Origin: Camelus ferus
Lineage: Eukaryota
DNA length: 64,000 bases
Assembly (NCBI RefSeq): GCF_009834535.1
Contig: NC_045697.1
Coordinates: forward strand, 92,878,001-92,942,000
Reading direction: 5' to 3'
The translations under genes and the position numbers were made by a program. The notes below the pieces were generated by a model that saw nothing but the letters and a program-made list of their open reading frames with translations, ran no database searches and was not told the DNA's origin. Each line of letters starts with the position of its first letter. Position 1 is the stretch's first letter. Positions 1-13,335 of this stretch are shown here, piece by piece.

Positions 1-1283
1 GAGGGTAAAATTTCTTTATTTGGAGAGCAATATATAAGGCTATATGAGACGAAGTGTTGATACTAACAAAATATAGTTTGAAAGAGAGATAAGAATCACA
101 CTTTAAGCCTTTGAATTTCAGCTAATGCACTTGTACTCCATATTTTATTTCAGGAGAAGCAACAAAATATTTTGTGCAAAGGAATTGCAAGGCCTTATGT
201 TTTCAGTAATCACAAGGCAAAAGCTAGATGTGGATGATAAGTATGTCCATCCACATGAGAGCTTAAGAATAAATTATCTCAAGATAGGAGCCCCAGAAAG
301 GTTCACAGTTACCAAAAATTCTATTTCTTACCCTTCCTTGCAGTTAGCCAAGACAGTATTACTAATTCTGGGCAACAAGCTGGGAGGGGAAGTAATGTGA
401 GCCACTTCCAAGCTAGGCTGGTGCTCCTCTGGTCTCTCTTACATTGCCTTGGTGAGATATGCCCATTTGTTCCAGATAAATATTTTAATTCCAAGATATT
501 TTGTACTTCATTCTTGAGTGACTGTATGAAGCAGAGAATCCTCCTGCCGCTGCAACAGAACTGCAGGGGACAAGAGTCTGAGGGTGTGTCTAACTTTGGG
601 TTTAAGTTGCTCGAGAATTTGACAGTTTATACTAATGCAGCATAATCTAGCCTATAGTCAACAATGAAATTGACATCAGAAGTGAAATGATTCTTTAAGG
701 GGGAAAAAAAAACTAAAATATGTTAGCAGGGTGAGAAAATTGATGCCAAAGGCTAACAAACCATGATCTGTGGTGGCAAAATATTTGGAAAAATTGTCAA
801 CTGAAATTAAATGGATACAAGGTAACTTGCTAATGAACTTAGAGTGTTATGAGAAAAGATGAGAATACAAAATCTTTTAAACATGTGTTGGTATCGATTG
901 GCTACATTTGCCAGGGTAGTGAAAGAAAAAAGCTCAGGAAAAAAAAATGTTACAGTTTGAAAGCAAATAGAGAGGAAATATAGAGTTTCTAGAAAATTTT
1001 TGCCTTTCAGTGTTAAAAAAAACCAACCACTGCTCAAGTCAGAAGAACAGAAAATAAAATTGGGAGAGAATGTGAATGGCAAATCCTAAATGTCTTTCAA
1101 ATGGTTAAGTTGCACCAGGAATAGAAAAAGAACATAATGTATGATTCCCAGTGAGATATTTCAATCTAATGACTTAGAACAAAGATCAGATCAAGGATGT
1201 GGCATTCCCATCAAAGTCAGTACACAAGCTGTCCAATATTAAGTTGAGAAGAAAGGTGGATAGGGACTAGGGAGTAGAGTGTA

Positions 1284-1315
1284 CAAAACAAAACAAAACA
1301 AAACAAACAAAAAAA
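1284..1315. repeat. (CAAAA)n simple repeat
   Basis: caaaacaaaacaaaacaaaacaaacaaaaaa seen directly. Confidence 0.9.
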
Positions 1316-2059
1316 TTAACTTTAACATATCTTGAAAAATGTTTATTAAATTTTAGAAAACTATGTTCTGACAAAAATGACAAGAGTCGTTTCTAAAAAC
1401 TACTCTCAATGTTTAAGACAAGAGCTGTGCTTTGGCCCCCAAATGTCTACACACAGGTAATAAACTGAGAAAGATGCACAGCCTACCAGGAGAATCTGCT
1501 CTCCTAGAGTCAGGATGAGGGACCTGGAAGAATCTCTCCGAGGGCAGCAAAAGAGCCACAGGAATAATGAACAAGAGAAATCTTTCCAGGGAGTGAAGTC
1601 AGGAGTTCCAAGCGAAACAAGGAGTAAGGAGTCTTTCATTGTCTACCCAGCAGAATTTTATAGCTGCTCTAGAGCAGCCACTGTTACATTTCCCAGTTTT
1701 TTGAATATGAATTATTATTGAAGTTTTCCTTTTTCTGTTTCACGGCTGTATTGTGGATGTATGTTGGGGTCAGGTAACTAAAATCTCTTTTGTACTCTTT
1801 TTGAGAGGTTATATTCTGACCATATCACTGGATGTAGTGACTGGACAGAACAGTGACTATGTTCTGACCCAAACAATTTCTACATGCAGGTAATGAGCTG
1901 AGAAAAATGCACAGCCTCCAAGAAGAACATTTTATCCTACGCCTATTTCATATGTGGCCAAGTAGGATAAGGGAAATGGAAGAATCTCTCGGAGAGTTAA
2001 ATAGCCTGTGAATTTCTCAAACTTTTTTTTTTTTTAAGAGTAAGTGTTCTGCACCTAAT

Positions 2060-2812
2060 TCCAATGTGTGCAAGCAATTCTCAGACACCAGCTGGATGTG
2101 CTACAATTCAACTCAATTCTGACACTTTCTACCTGGAGATAGCATCAGATTCCATAGGTTAAGTGCTTCGTCCCACAAGATTGCTGTCCACTTGAGATCC
2201 CAATTACAAGCAAGTCCAGATTGTTACCTATACTTCCGACCAACTGGCCATTAATCAGAAGTTCCCACGACCCCCTCCTGGGGCTCAATTCATTTGCTAG
2301 AGCAGCTCACAAGACTCAGGAAACCAGCTTACTCACTAGATAACTGATTTATTATAAGGATATTAAAGGTTAGGAATAAATAGCTAGATGAAGAGATGCA
2401 TAGAGTGAGGTCTCAAAGGAACTTCTGTCCTTGTGAAGTTTAGGTCTGGCATGGTGGCACATGGAAGAGTTCTGGTTCACCAACCTGGAAGCTCTCTGAA
2501 CCCCCTCCTTTTGGGTTTTTATGGAAGCTTCATTACATAGGCATGATTGATTAAATACTTGACCATTGGTGATTAATTCAATCTCTAGCCCCTCTCCCCT
2601 CCCTGGAGGTCGGAGAGGTGGGATTAAATTCCAACCTCTAAATCACATGGTTGGTTCCCCTGGCAACCAGCCCCTTCCTTAGGTGGGGTCCCAACATCAT
2701 CTCATTGATATAAGAGACACCATTACGGAAATTCCAGGGGTTTTAGGAGCCCTCTGACAGAAATGTGTGGAAGACCAAATATACATTTCTTATTATAAAT
2801 CACAATTATCAC
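2060..2812 (-). mobile_element. MER21-family LTR
   Basis: Typical MER21 text gacaccagctggatgtgctacaattcaactcaattctgacact...ctacctggagatagcatcagat. The right end is the reverse complement of the MER21 start (tgtgat..tgtgatttataataagaaat). Confidence 0.85.
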
Positions 2813-3564
2813 TGTGAGTTAAGGGGGAAAAAAAGAGTGAATTTGGTAATCAAAATAATGGGTTGAGGCAGATATTAATACTTCCTAAATGCTCCATTTG
2901 CCATTGCTTTTCTGTATTATCCAGGTACCTTCCATTTATGTGAGGCTGTGTGTGGCTCCAGCCAAAGGGCCATGAAGACAGACATATTGCTCAGGCCCTT
3001 GGTAATGAAAAGCCCATCATGACTTCCAAATATTTTTTTTCTAATTCATAGACCAGCTGAAAAAGCCACGTATTTCAGTTGGTGCAGCCACAAGAAAATA
3101 GAATTTTTGTTAGCTTGGGTTTCTGAAAGCCTGTGTGAAGCAAAGCTCTTTAATGACCCATGTTAACTAATCATGCAGCATGAACAGGAAGTAAACATAA
3201 GTTTTTTGCTGTTTTGTTTTGTTTTGTTTTTATGCCACAGAAAAAATAGGGGTTTTTTTTGCTACTCTAGCCTTTTCTTGCCCTACAAGGGGTGATTTGA
3301 ATGTCGTCGCCACTGCACAATGGCTTTCCTTTATTCTTTCACCAAATAAATACTTACATTCTTCCCCCCTTCCTGAAGGGATCCCACCTGAATGATATGC
3401 AATCTAAATATCAGTCTAAATCATACCACTTATTTTTTGTACGTATCAGACTATCAAAAATTAAAAATATTTATTAGATGAGAACTGAAGGATGAAAGAG
3501 GATTGTCATTTTCAGCTCAAAAATTGCTTCTGGGAATTTCTCCATTTGTCATAGATTAAGACTT

Positions 3565-3984
3565 TCTCAGAGATATTTATTATAGGAATTGGCTCACACA
3601 GTTGTGGAAGCTGGGAAGTCTTACAATCTACCCTCTAGAAGCTGGAGAACCAGGAGAACTGTGGTCTCATTCAGTCTGAGTCCTCAGGTCCAAGAACCAG
3701 GGGCTCCAGGGAAAAAGGGCATAAGAAGATGAACACTGCAGCCCGAAGAGGGGGAGAGAGAGAGAGAATTCATACTTCCTCTCCCTTTTGTTCTATTCAG
3801 GATCCCCAACAGATTGTATGACACTCCCACCTCCTTGGTGAGGGCAGATCTTTGTTCAGTCTACTGAATCAAATGCTAATCTCTTCTTGGAAACACCTTC
3901 ACAGACACACTCAGAAATAATGTTTTTCTGGCCATCTAGGCATCACTCAGTTCAGTCAAGTTAACACATAAAACCAATGATCAC
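3565..3984 (-). mobile_element. MLT2 (ERVL) LTR
   Basis: tttattataggaattggctcacacagttgtggaagctgggaagtc... ending agtcaagttaacacataaaaccaatgatcaca, which is the reverse complement of the MLT2 5' end. Confidence 0.85.
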
Positions 3985-3994
3985 ATCACCTAAC

Positions 3995-4457
3995 AGCTGT
4001 TCTCCTCTCTTCTGGAGCAGTAGATCCCAGATTATCACTGGATACTTGTCTACCTAGAATGGATTGCATTTTGGTCTTTTTTGGCAGCTAAGCATGGCTA
4101 TGTGTCTAAATTTTAGCCAAATTGTAAAGAACATGAAACGGTGCAGAAAAGTAGCTGGAATTGTACTTGAAGGGAAGGAGTGGGCTCTTCCTTCTATCTC
4201 ATTTCTACTTCCTGCTCCCTCGAAGGCACCTAAATGGTGGTATCATGGGCTTAAACAGGCAACCCGCACCATGAGGAGAAAGCAGTGCTAAGGCTGGTGG
4301 AGCAAAATATGGGAGCCTGGTTTCCTGATGATCATGAGATCCTCTCACTAACTCTTGCCTGTCTATTCATATGTACAAGGAAATACGAAATTTAATCTTA
4401 TTTAAGCCACTATTACTGTTCTTTCCTATCACTTGTAGTTTAACATTCACAAATACA
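3995..4457 (+). mobile_element. Old ERVL/MaLR-type LTR (LTR16/LTR33/MLT1-like)
   Basis: gcagctaagcatggctatgtgtctaaattttagccaa core; 3' end ttaagccactattactg...cttgtagtttaacattcacaaataca. Confidence 0.65.
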
Positions 4458-4539
4458 ATCATTCTTCAATCCTTTTTATTTATAATGGAGTTCCTTTCCC
4501 TCACTTCCTAAAATGTTTACTTTGCACCCTTTAATTTCC

Positions 4540-6512
4540 CCTCAAATACTCCACATGTCTCCATCTCCTCTCACTTTCGGCTGTGGTCTTGCCCATATTT
4601 CACCGAGAAAATAAATAAACAGCTACACATCTTCTCACTGTCACACTGTGAAAGCTACACACCATTGCTTTTGCTTCAGTGACTTCGTTAAAATAACTTC
4701 CTCCTATAAACGATTCTCTTTTTACCAAGAAATAATTTCTCCACTTGTGCAGTGAATTCCCTTCCACTCTAGACTTCCTAATAGCTGCACCTCTACTTAA
4801 CTCCTTCTCTCTTGCACCATCATTTTCTCCATTTCAACTGAATAATCTTCATCAGTGTACAGATATGCTCTAATTAATAAAACTCTTGCTCCTTAGAATA
4901 ATATGGAGACCACCAGATTCACTGCTCCCTTTCACAACTGTCTCTGAAGAGCCATGTGTACACGATGTGTCTGCACCTCACCTTCTATTCACTCTTCAAT
5001 TACAAAATCAGTTCCTCATCCCAGAATTATGGTGGAACTACCCTCATCCTAGTTATCAGTGACCTCAGCATTCAGGAACTCAAGGTAAACCTTTCCATCT
5101 TCACATCCTTTAATATTTAGGCATCATACAGAGAGGTTAACCTAGCATCATTCTTATGCAAATGGTATTTTATCACCAATTATTATCGATTTTACCCCCT
5201 CTTCACTAATGTTTCCTTCTCAGCATTTTTTTGTTCACTACTCTGTCCTGTTTGGCCTCTAAAATTATGTACTTCACAAGGATAATCTTAGTCCTTTTCT
5301 GTCTTAGAATTACCCAATTAATTATATTACTAATATTCTAGGTTTTAAAGACCAGCTCAATACCATGTTCCAAATGTATGTTTCTGGTCCAGATCTCTGT
5401 AATCTCCTACACGTCCTTCCAAGTATGTATTTGGTATTTCCTTTCAGGGTCTCACACAGAAATCTCAAACTTGTCATGTCCAAGATGAAATCTGAATTCC
5501 TCTCCTCCATGTGGAAAAACTTGTATTTTTAAAGAAATACATTTAGATCCAATTGAATTATATACAGAACTCAAAACATGATTAACACCTGATTAGATTA
5601 AGGAATACAAATTCGCAATGATTACACCCACATTTGTTTGTCTAGCAGATCTTTTAAACCAACTGAAGTCAATGATACCCATCAGCAGATTCACCAGTCT
5701 CAGGAAATCACAGCCCCATGCATTCAGCTACTTAAGCCATGATCTTAATAGTCAATTTTGATGTCTTTCTTTCCTTGACTCTCCTGCAAACAGTATCTGT
5801 TTTACTAGCATGTCCTGTTCATATCACGCCCCATGTTTCTCAAATCTACCTACTCTTCCCCATCTCCAGCATCAGCATCCTAACTTACCTACTGACTTCT
5901 CCCACTTGAATGATTACAATTTCTTAAGTAGTGTCTACCTTTATATGCCTACATTCTATGGAGGACATAAGGTGAGGGGGTGCATTATGTCACTTTGTTG
6001 CTTAAAATCACTTCATTGTTTTTATTATACTTGGAAAAAATCACATTCCTTAACAAATACACATACAAGGACATATATGATCATAGTCATCCTCATACAG
6101 TGTAATCATTGGTCTTCATTAAAACTTATAGCACAAAGCCATTGTTTGTAGTCTCCCCTCACATTAGAAGACTTTTCCATTTCCTCTTCACGTATTTAGC
6201 TCCATTTTATCTTCCCGGTATACATGTCGCATCTGTGTGAAGTGGTAACGTCTACCTTCATTATTATACGTAAATATCCCTCAGCAAATGCACACACTCC
6301 AGGAACCCTGATAGGCTCTATCTCAGCACTGTGTTTCCTTTAAACCATTTCTTACAATCTGTTATTTTCTCTATATATGTCATACTTGGTGATGACTATT
6401 TTCCCATTAGATTTTAAGCCTCATGACAGTCTTTTTACTATTCTGTCTTCAGCACCAAGCAAAATGTCATTGAAAGTAGATACTCAATGCATACCTGCTC
6501 ATTGAATAAATG
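4540..6512 (+). mobile_element. LINE-2 3' portion, decayed, with a ~170-bp unassigned interruption at ~5511-5685
   Basis: L2 hallmarks aatctcaaacttgtcatgtccaa (~5461) and terminal agcaccaagcaaaatg...tagatactcaat...ttgaataaatg (~6451-6512). Confidence 0.8.
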
Positions 6513-9500
6513 TCTAAGTACTTAATTTGTGCAGATTTCTCTGGGAGGAACACTGGACTCAATCTAGGGGAGCCTGGCTTACAGTCTGGACTCTGTCACT
6601 AACTCTCTCAGTCCCTTTGGCCAACTATAACAAACTACCACAAACCTGGCAGCTCATTGAGATGGGTTTATTAAATTAACACTTGTAGAATTTAATCTTC
6701 AGAATATCTTTGTCAATTACAAATAAAACAAAGAATTAAGGAATAGTAACCTGTGTAATAAAGTTGCATTTGTCTTGGAAAATCTTGTGATTTAGAACAT
6801 CATTTTCAGAAACAAATATGAGCTTAAGTGAAAAGTAATTTCTCAGTGCATATGATTAACTGACCAAATTTACTTACACTGCAAAAACTATTTCTGATTC
6901 TCACCTAGTAATCAAGTGTGAATTATGAAACTTAACTTACCGCTCACTCGAGTCAGGCTGGCTAAACTATTTACATATATGTCTTCCTCATTATGAGTAA
7001 ATATACTGCTATATAAAATGCCTACAGCATAAATGGTACATTACTCATATTTATATTTGCACTAGCAGGTATTCCCATGGTACCTGGGACACAGTTTGTT
7101 CTCAATAAATGTTTTATTTAATAAATAAATAGGCGGTTATAGGATATATCTGATACTATTTGAACTCACTGTGCTATAGAAAACCTTTTGGTCTCGGTTT
7201 TCATAAGAAATTATTTAAATTTTGTTTTTATTTTAATGAGTTTGCATTTGTAATTTAATCAGTTATTATCCAAAAATAGTTCCTTAGAAACCAAAAGCTT
7301 GTCAGAAAAGGACAGACTTCAGGCAATAGGAAGAAAAGAGACTAATAACCTGTTTGCTTCTGCACTTTCTCTCATCAAGCAGCTCTGTGTCACTAACGGG
7401 ACTGGTATGTCCTCCTCATTGTTACAAATTAAATGTTAACTTACAACAGCACTTGTAAACCCCTGCACGCAATTCTTTTGATTCTTAACGGGAAAAAAAA
7501 AAAAGGAATATAGGAAGAAAAGTGAGTAAAACATTGGTAATTTGTTTAGCTCGTGGTGCAGGCTGTTCTCAGATCAAATTTTGTTTCCCAAAGGAAGGCA
7601 TCAGTTTTAAATTACACAGCGAGCAGGCAAGAGAAAGGAAGCAAACAATCAAAACCTTCCCAGGAGGGGAAAGAATAAGGCAAGAGCTCCAGAGATCCCA
7701 TTTAATAAATAAACACCTTCATTTCTGTAAGTTAATTTCACCACAGGAAATAAGTTTAGTTTTAATTATATTGGCTTATGTCATGTTTTATAAAAGGTAC
7801 ATGAGGTTCATTGACTTTCTCTTATTAAAGCTTTGGCTGTTTCCAAAAAGGTTGCATGTAGATTAAGTCTCTGAGGAAACATAGCATGATGTACAATTAT
7901 TTGAAGTGCGATATTTTCATCTTATCCTATGTTAGTGACAATGAGATAGATGAAAACAGCACGTTGTATTTAATTTTCGTTAAAAATGGTTTTACTTTTA
8001 GAGTTATATATAAAAGACTCGGTAATATAGGCTAGTTGTATCACTAGCACAAATTAAAAAGCAGGCTACCTTTTGTCAAGTCTGAGAAAATATATATTTA
8101 GTAAGTTCTTGTTTAATTTTTGTGATGTAGACTCCTAGTCATCATACACATAAGTAGTTGTAATTCAAATTTAACATTATCAGAAAGTGAAGGTTTTCAT
8201 GTTTTTGCACAGTTAGGGCTTTCTGAGCCAAGAAACTGGAACCTGGATTAAAGTACAAGTCTCAGATAGTGAGAGACCTCCAGAGAGATTTAGATGCTTA
8301 TCTTAAAATTTGTTTACCTTTCAAAGTGGAATGAAACCTGGAGCCAGGAGCAGGCTGTTTACATTCCAAAGGATTAGAGCCTATTAGGGAGCAAGTGTTT
8401 CCCCTCAGTGCTCAGAAGGGAAGGGGGCAGCGTGTAGTTTATAAATTCCGAAGTTCATAATTTTTTGGTCCCTCTCCTGTGGTGCATAAAACCTCTTCTG
8501 CACGTACAGCGTCCATCTGGCTCTTATGACATCTTCCTGAATGAGAAAGGGTGGGGGGACGGAGTGTGGGGACCTGACACAGTTATCACTGTGCGAATTA
8601 ATGGTAATCTGTATTTGATCTGGAAACTTGGGTTTGCTTTCAGAATAATATAATGTAGATACTAAGACTTATCAAACATTCAGAACCATGGTTTTATTAA
8701 AAACATTATATGAGCAATTTTGCAAGTAAAAGAGATTTATCTGAGCCTCTAGCAAAACTTTCTACTCTATAGCCTATGAGAAGTTTGATATTCTTTTTTT
8801 GTTTGTTTTCAGGGATAAACCATAGGAAGGCTCAGGAAAATGTCCAGAATCAAACCCAGAAATTCAGAACTCACTTCCTTTTTAGTTATTCTATGATGTA
8901 TCTAGTTTATTTTAGCTCAATGACTGAAGAGGCACACAGTGAATAAAGGAAAAAAAACATAGTAGATAAAGTTGGCTATAGTGGATATAGGGCAAAATAT
9001 AAAAATAAATAAACAAGAGAAAGTCTATGTGTGTCTTTTGGTTAGTGGAAAACAATATTCTGTATGTGACAGATTTCACTGATCTGAGAACTCTGAAGGT
9101 TCCTGGGGAGGAGACAAATATCAAACATTTGTCCCCAAACTCACATTTATGAAAATCTTGGTGTATTAATACTTCCTGAGATGAAATCAGTACAGGGTAG
9201 GTTGGGTCTGGGTTTGGGTCTGTGAGAGAGGAGACAGTTAACTTTGTCCTCCAAACCACCATTCATGAGTTAGGCTGACATTCTAGAGGCGACCTGTGTT
9301 TATGGCATATAATGTGGTAACTGCAATGCCTGGCACTTACTACACATCGAATACATAACTGCCCTTCTTTTCATTACTGCTACTCCTTAGTTGTGTTTTG
9401 TGTTAATGCAGTAAGTCTGTGTTGAATGTTTACTGTAATTATCTTCCTAGCTAATATAAGCGGGATAAACCAATGATAATCATTCCCTCATAGCGCTGTC

Positions 9501-10019
9501 TAGGACATAAGAACATAGGGTGAAAAACAGTAAGATGCTCCCTTTTGTATAACACAATTTGAAGAGGCACACACTAGGAGAGCTGATTTTATCTAGATGA
9601 CGTTAAAACAAACTGTGCTGCTAAAGATAGTCTTATGCTCATTATGTTAAAATGTTGCTCCAAAACCCACCCTTACTCCTGTAGGTGTGTCTGGGGGGAT
9701 AAATATGGGGCTGTGAATGGTGGAGCCGTTGTGACCATGATCACCATAAGGTACACAAGGGGGAACGCGTGACCAGGGTGTACCACAGTAGTCCTGGTGA
9801 AGGAGCAACAGTTATATTTTCCATTAGGTCTTTACATCAGGTATTTAGGCTACTTATTCATTTAAATGACTGTTATTAAATATATTCAATTAAATGGAAC
9901 TTCATGTGAGGATTAGGATGACTTGAAATAGAGTATATGCGAGCACTGAATTAAACCAATGGAGGGACTTTTTAAAATTAGACCTAATCAAAAAACTTTT
10001 CTAAATTTAAGAAAAACTT

Positions 10020-10965
10020 ACGTTCTTCAAAAGAATTGTTAAGAAAATGAAAAGACAACCCATAGAGATAAAATTTCAAGTCATAATTCTGAGAAAGAAT
10101 TCTCAAAAGTTAATAAGAAATCCAAAAAAAAAACAATTAAAAAGTAAGTGGAACAGAAATGTTACCACAAAATATATAAATAGCAAATACACATGAAAAG
10201 CTGTTCAAAACCATGAGTCTTTAGGGATATACAGAATACAGATGAAAACCACCAGAAAACCCTACATGCTACTCAAACTAAAATAAAAAAGACTGATCAT
10301 ACCATGTGTTGGTGACTGTCTGGAATAAATGGAACCCTCATACACTGCAGAGAGGAATATAAAATGTTATAGCCACTTTGGAAAATAGTTTGTCAGTCTC
10401 TTCATACATTGAAGATACACCACTAATCATTCCACTCTTAGATATTAACCCAAGAGAAAAAAAAAAGATTACATGGCCATACAAAGACTCATCCTGATCT
10501 TTGTAACTGATATTATCTAATAGCTTCAAACTGGAAACAGCCCAGCTGTCTATCAATAGGTAAGTGGTGAAAGAAATATTGACATATATCTGTACAATGG
10601 AACAGTACTTAGCAATAAGAGAAAAACTCTTGGTACATGCAACAACATTGGTTAATATCTAAGAATTATGTTGAGAAATAGAAGCCAAACAGCTCCTCCA
10701 AAAAAAGTCCATGTTAAATGATTCCATTTATATAAAATTCTAAAAAAATGCAAACAAACCTATAGTTTAAAAATACTGGACCAATACTTTCCTGAGGTTG
10801 GAAGAGTGGAACATCAGGAGGTGGGATTAAAGAGGACTCTAAAGGAACATTTGAGGGTGATAGATTTGTTTACTAATTAGGTATGTTTTTACATATGTAA
10901 AGACTTGACTTGTATGAGGTAAGTATATGCAGTTTATTGTATCTTTTTAAAAAATAAAAGCAAAC
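10020..10965 (+). mobile_element. Old LINE-1 (L1M) ORF2 end and 3' UTR
   Basis: gaaaatgaaaagacaaccc, gccactttggaaaatagtttgtcagt, ctggaaacagcccagctgtctatcaa, atgattccatttatataaaattc, A-rich tail at ~10950. Confidence 0.9.
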
Positions 10966-11229
10966 AATAATCTGACAGAAAAAAGATGTGCAAGTTTGCA
11001 TGGGATTCTCATTCTTCAGTTGTTTTGATAAAGCAAGAGTTTCCCATTCAGACATTACGTTCATTCTAATAATGCATAAATATGTGGGTGACGTGCTGAC
11101 CATACATTATATTCATTTATAAATTCATGTTTTAAGCCACCTTTTCACTTTGGAATGTTCTACAGTAGCATCACTATATCCTGTCAACTTAACACAGTGC
11201 CCTTCAGATTTTCATTTGCGGGTTTAGGT

Positions 11230-12340
11230 ATCAGTGTGCATTAAACACCCCTGTCTGATAATCCCAGTGATGCTTCTTCAGGCTTTTTTACCAGCACCAA
11301 TTCACAGGACCTCAGGTTTCCTCTAGAGGTTGTGCCAAGAGGCCTCAGCTACCCAGGGACTCAGATTCATAATCCTTTTTCATCTCACATTATTTGGATT
11401 AACACTAGTTCTGAAGAGACTGAAGATTCCACTTTTTGGTCATTATCAGGCTTTTAATTCATCAGGACTAGGGTGAATGAGCAAATGTATGGTTTCTTTT
11501 CATCTGAGAAATTGTTAGAGCAGCCTGACCACCTAATTACATACAAGTGTTCCATAATCACCTTAGTTTCCACTTCAATTATCTTCTCTTCTTTTGTATC
11601 ACTTTTAACTAACCACCTAAGCACTTACATTTTGTTTGACCATCCTGCCTCTTCATCATCCTTTTTAAAAAATTATTTCCTTTTTTTTCTGAATAATTCA
11701 TATCATCTTTCTGTCATGCCCATCATGTGGAGTTTAGCTAGTAGATTTGTGATCGTTTTTCTCCTTTGGTCTGGTTTTTTAATCACAATATAAAATAAGA
11801 CTTTCAAAGAGGCAGAGCTCCACTTATTATGGCATCAATCACAGTATCAGTTAAAGGGATAAAATTAGGAGACACCCTGACATATCTTATACCCAATCCA
11901 AAGCAGCTTGCCTTCTTAAAATTTAGCCGACTCAGTAATGTTCTCTTTAATATATGAGGATGCCTTGGGCAATTCGTCTTCTCAAGGTAATCTTTACATA
12001 ACTCTCACCTTTAACCAGCTCATCAGCTTGGAATCTGTCCCCCCACTTATATTTCTCCCAGGCTATGATTAACTGGGCATGCTGAATAAGATCAAACCTA
12101 CATTTAGACTACGATGTCTTGAGCCAGAGAGACAACTCTGGTCATCAGTACAGAACATACACCTCAGCAAAAGGTCTCCAATTCTCATTTGACTTCCCTT
12201 CTGTATAAATTACTCTTTTCATTTAACAATAATCCCAAATTTTGAGCCTACCAACTCTAAGTTCCATTGATAAGCTTTTCCAACTGTCAATGATACTAGC
12301 ATTTGCTCAACTTCAAACCTTGGATGGCTTGGCAGTTATC
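11230..12340 (-). mobile_element. Ancient class-III (ERVL-like) retroviral internal remnant, gag-like, frameshifted
   Basis: Minus-strand manual translation of ~11805-11915 gives RQAALDWV*DMSG /frameshift/ PNFIPLTDTVIDAIISGALPL*. Around 11550-11625 it gives LRWLVKSDTKEEKIIEVETKVIMEHLY. Both resemble ERVL/ERV3-16A3-type gag as recalled. Confidence 0.6.
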
Positions 12341-12454
12341 TGGGCTTCAAAGGTTCCTCTTCCTCCTGTTCCTTCTGTAGAGGAGGAAAAACAGATGTCC
12401 CCCTGCCCTTCTAAGGTCTTAGCAGAGACTCTAACAAAAGCAGATTAAAGAGAA

Positions 12455-13335
12455 ACCAATCTTGTACAACTTCTTTCAGAAAATAGAAAACACTTTCCCA
12501 TGTGTTCTGTGAGGCCAACAAAAGTATGACACTAAAATCTGGCAAGGATACATCAAGAACAAAAAATGAAGTCAGGTTTGTGGTTACCAGAGGCAGAGGG
12601 TAGGGGCAGAGAGAACTGGATAAAGCTGGTTAAAATGTACAAACTTCCAGATATAAGATAAAAAAGTTCTAAGGATATAATGTACAACATGATTAGTATA
12701 ATTAACACTGCTGCATGTTATATATGAAAGTTGTTAAGACAGTGAATCCTAAGAGTTCTCATCACAAGAAAAATATATTTTTTCTTTTTCTTTTATTCTA
12801 TATATGAGATGATGGATGTTCACCTAACTTACTGTAGTCATCATTTCATGATGTAAATCAAATTATAATGCTGTACACCTTAAACTTATACAATGCTATA
12901 TATCAGTTATATCTCAATAAAACTGGAGGAAAAATACACAAATACATACAGAAATACATCAAATGTAAAAAAAGAAAATGAAAGGCCAATATGGCTCATA
13001 CTGAAGACTTTTGAACACAGTATTAGCTTTTGAATCCAATAATATATAAAATAGATTTTAAGGTTGGTTTAACATTCAGAAAAATTAATTTATACTCCAG
13101 TCTAGCCAGAAAGAAAGAAAGAAAAAATAGCATACAGAGAAAGTATGAAGTTCAAGTCCATTTATTAGAAAAACCTTCAGCAAAGTATAAACAGAAGGAA
13201 AATCCCTTTACTTGATGAAGGATATCTCCAATAACCCTGAAACCTACATTAGACTAAATAGTAAACATTTTCCCCTTAATTTGGGTACAGGAAAAGAACA
13301 TTTACTACTGCCTTTTATTCAGTGGTATTTTTAAA
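12455..13335 (+). mobile_element. Old L1 ORF2 fragment, split by a younger L1 3' end
   Basis: accaatcttgtacaacttctttcagaaaatagaa...acactttcccatgtgttctgtgaggcc, resuming at ~12970 with gaaaatgaaaggccaatat. Confidence 0.75.
12570..12935 (+). mobile_element. LINE-1 3' UTR (L1MA9-like), 5' truncated
   Basis: gtggttaccagaggcagaggg...gtacaaacttccag...ctgtacaccttaaacttatacaatg...ttatatctcaataaaactgg. Confidence 0.9.

Larger units (their letters stand above)
270..3290 (+). mobile_element. Decayed ERVL-MaLR (MLT1-like) element: 5' LTR-like part (~270-520), internal region (~530-2030) and 3' LTR (~2860-3290), interrupted by MER21
   Basis: MLT1-like LTR phrases near 340-415 (gcagttagcc...ttctgggcaac...gaagtaatgtgagccacttcc) and at 2930-3280. 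MLT-internal-like text lies between them, with a purine tract at ~2821-2837 before the second LTR. Recognised by resemblance to the recalled consensus. Confidence 0.5.
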
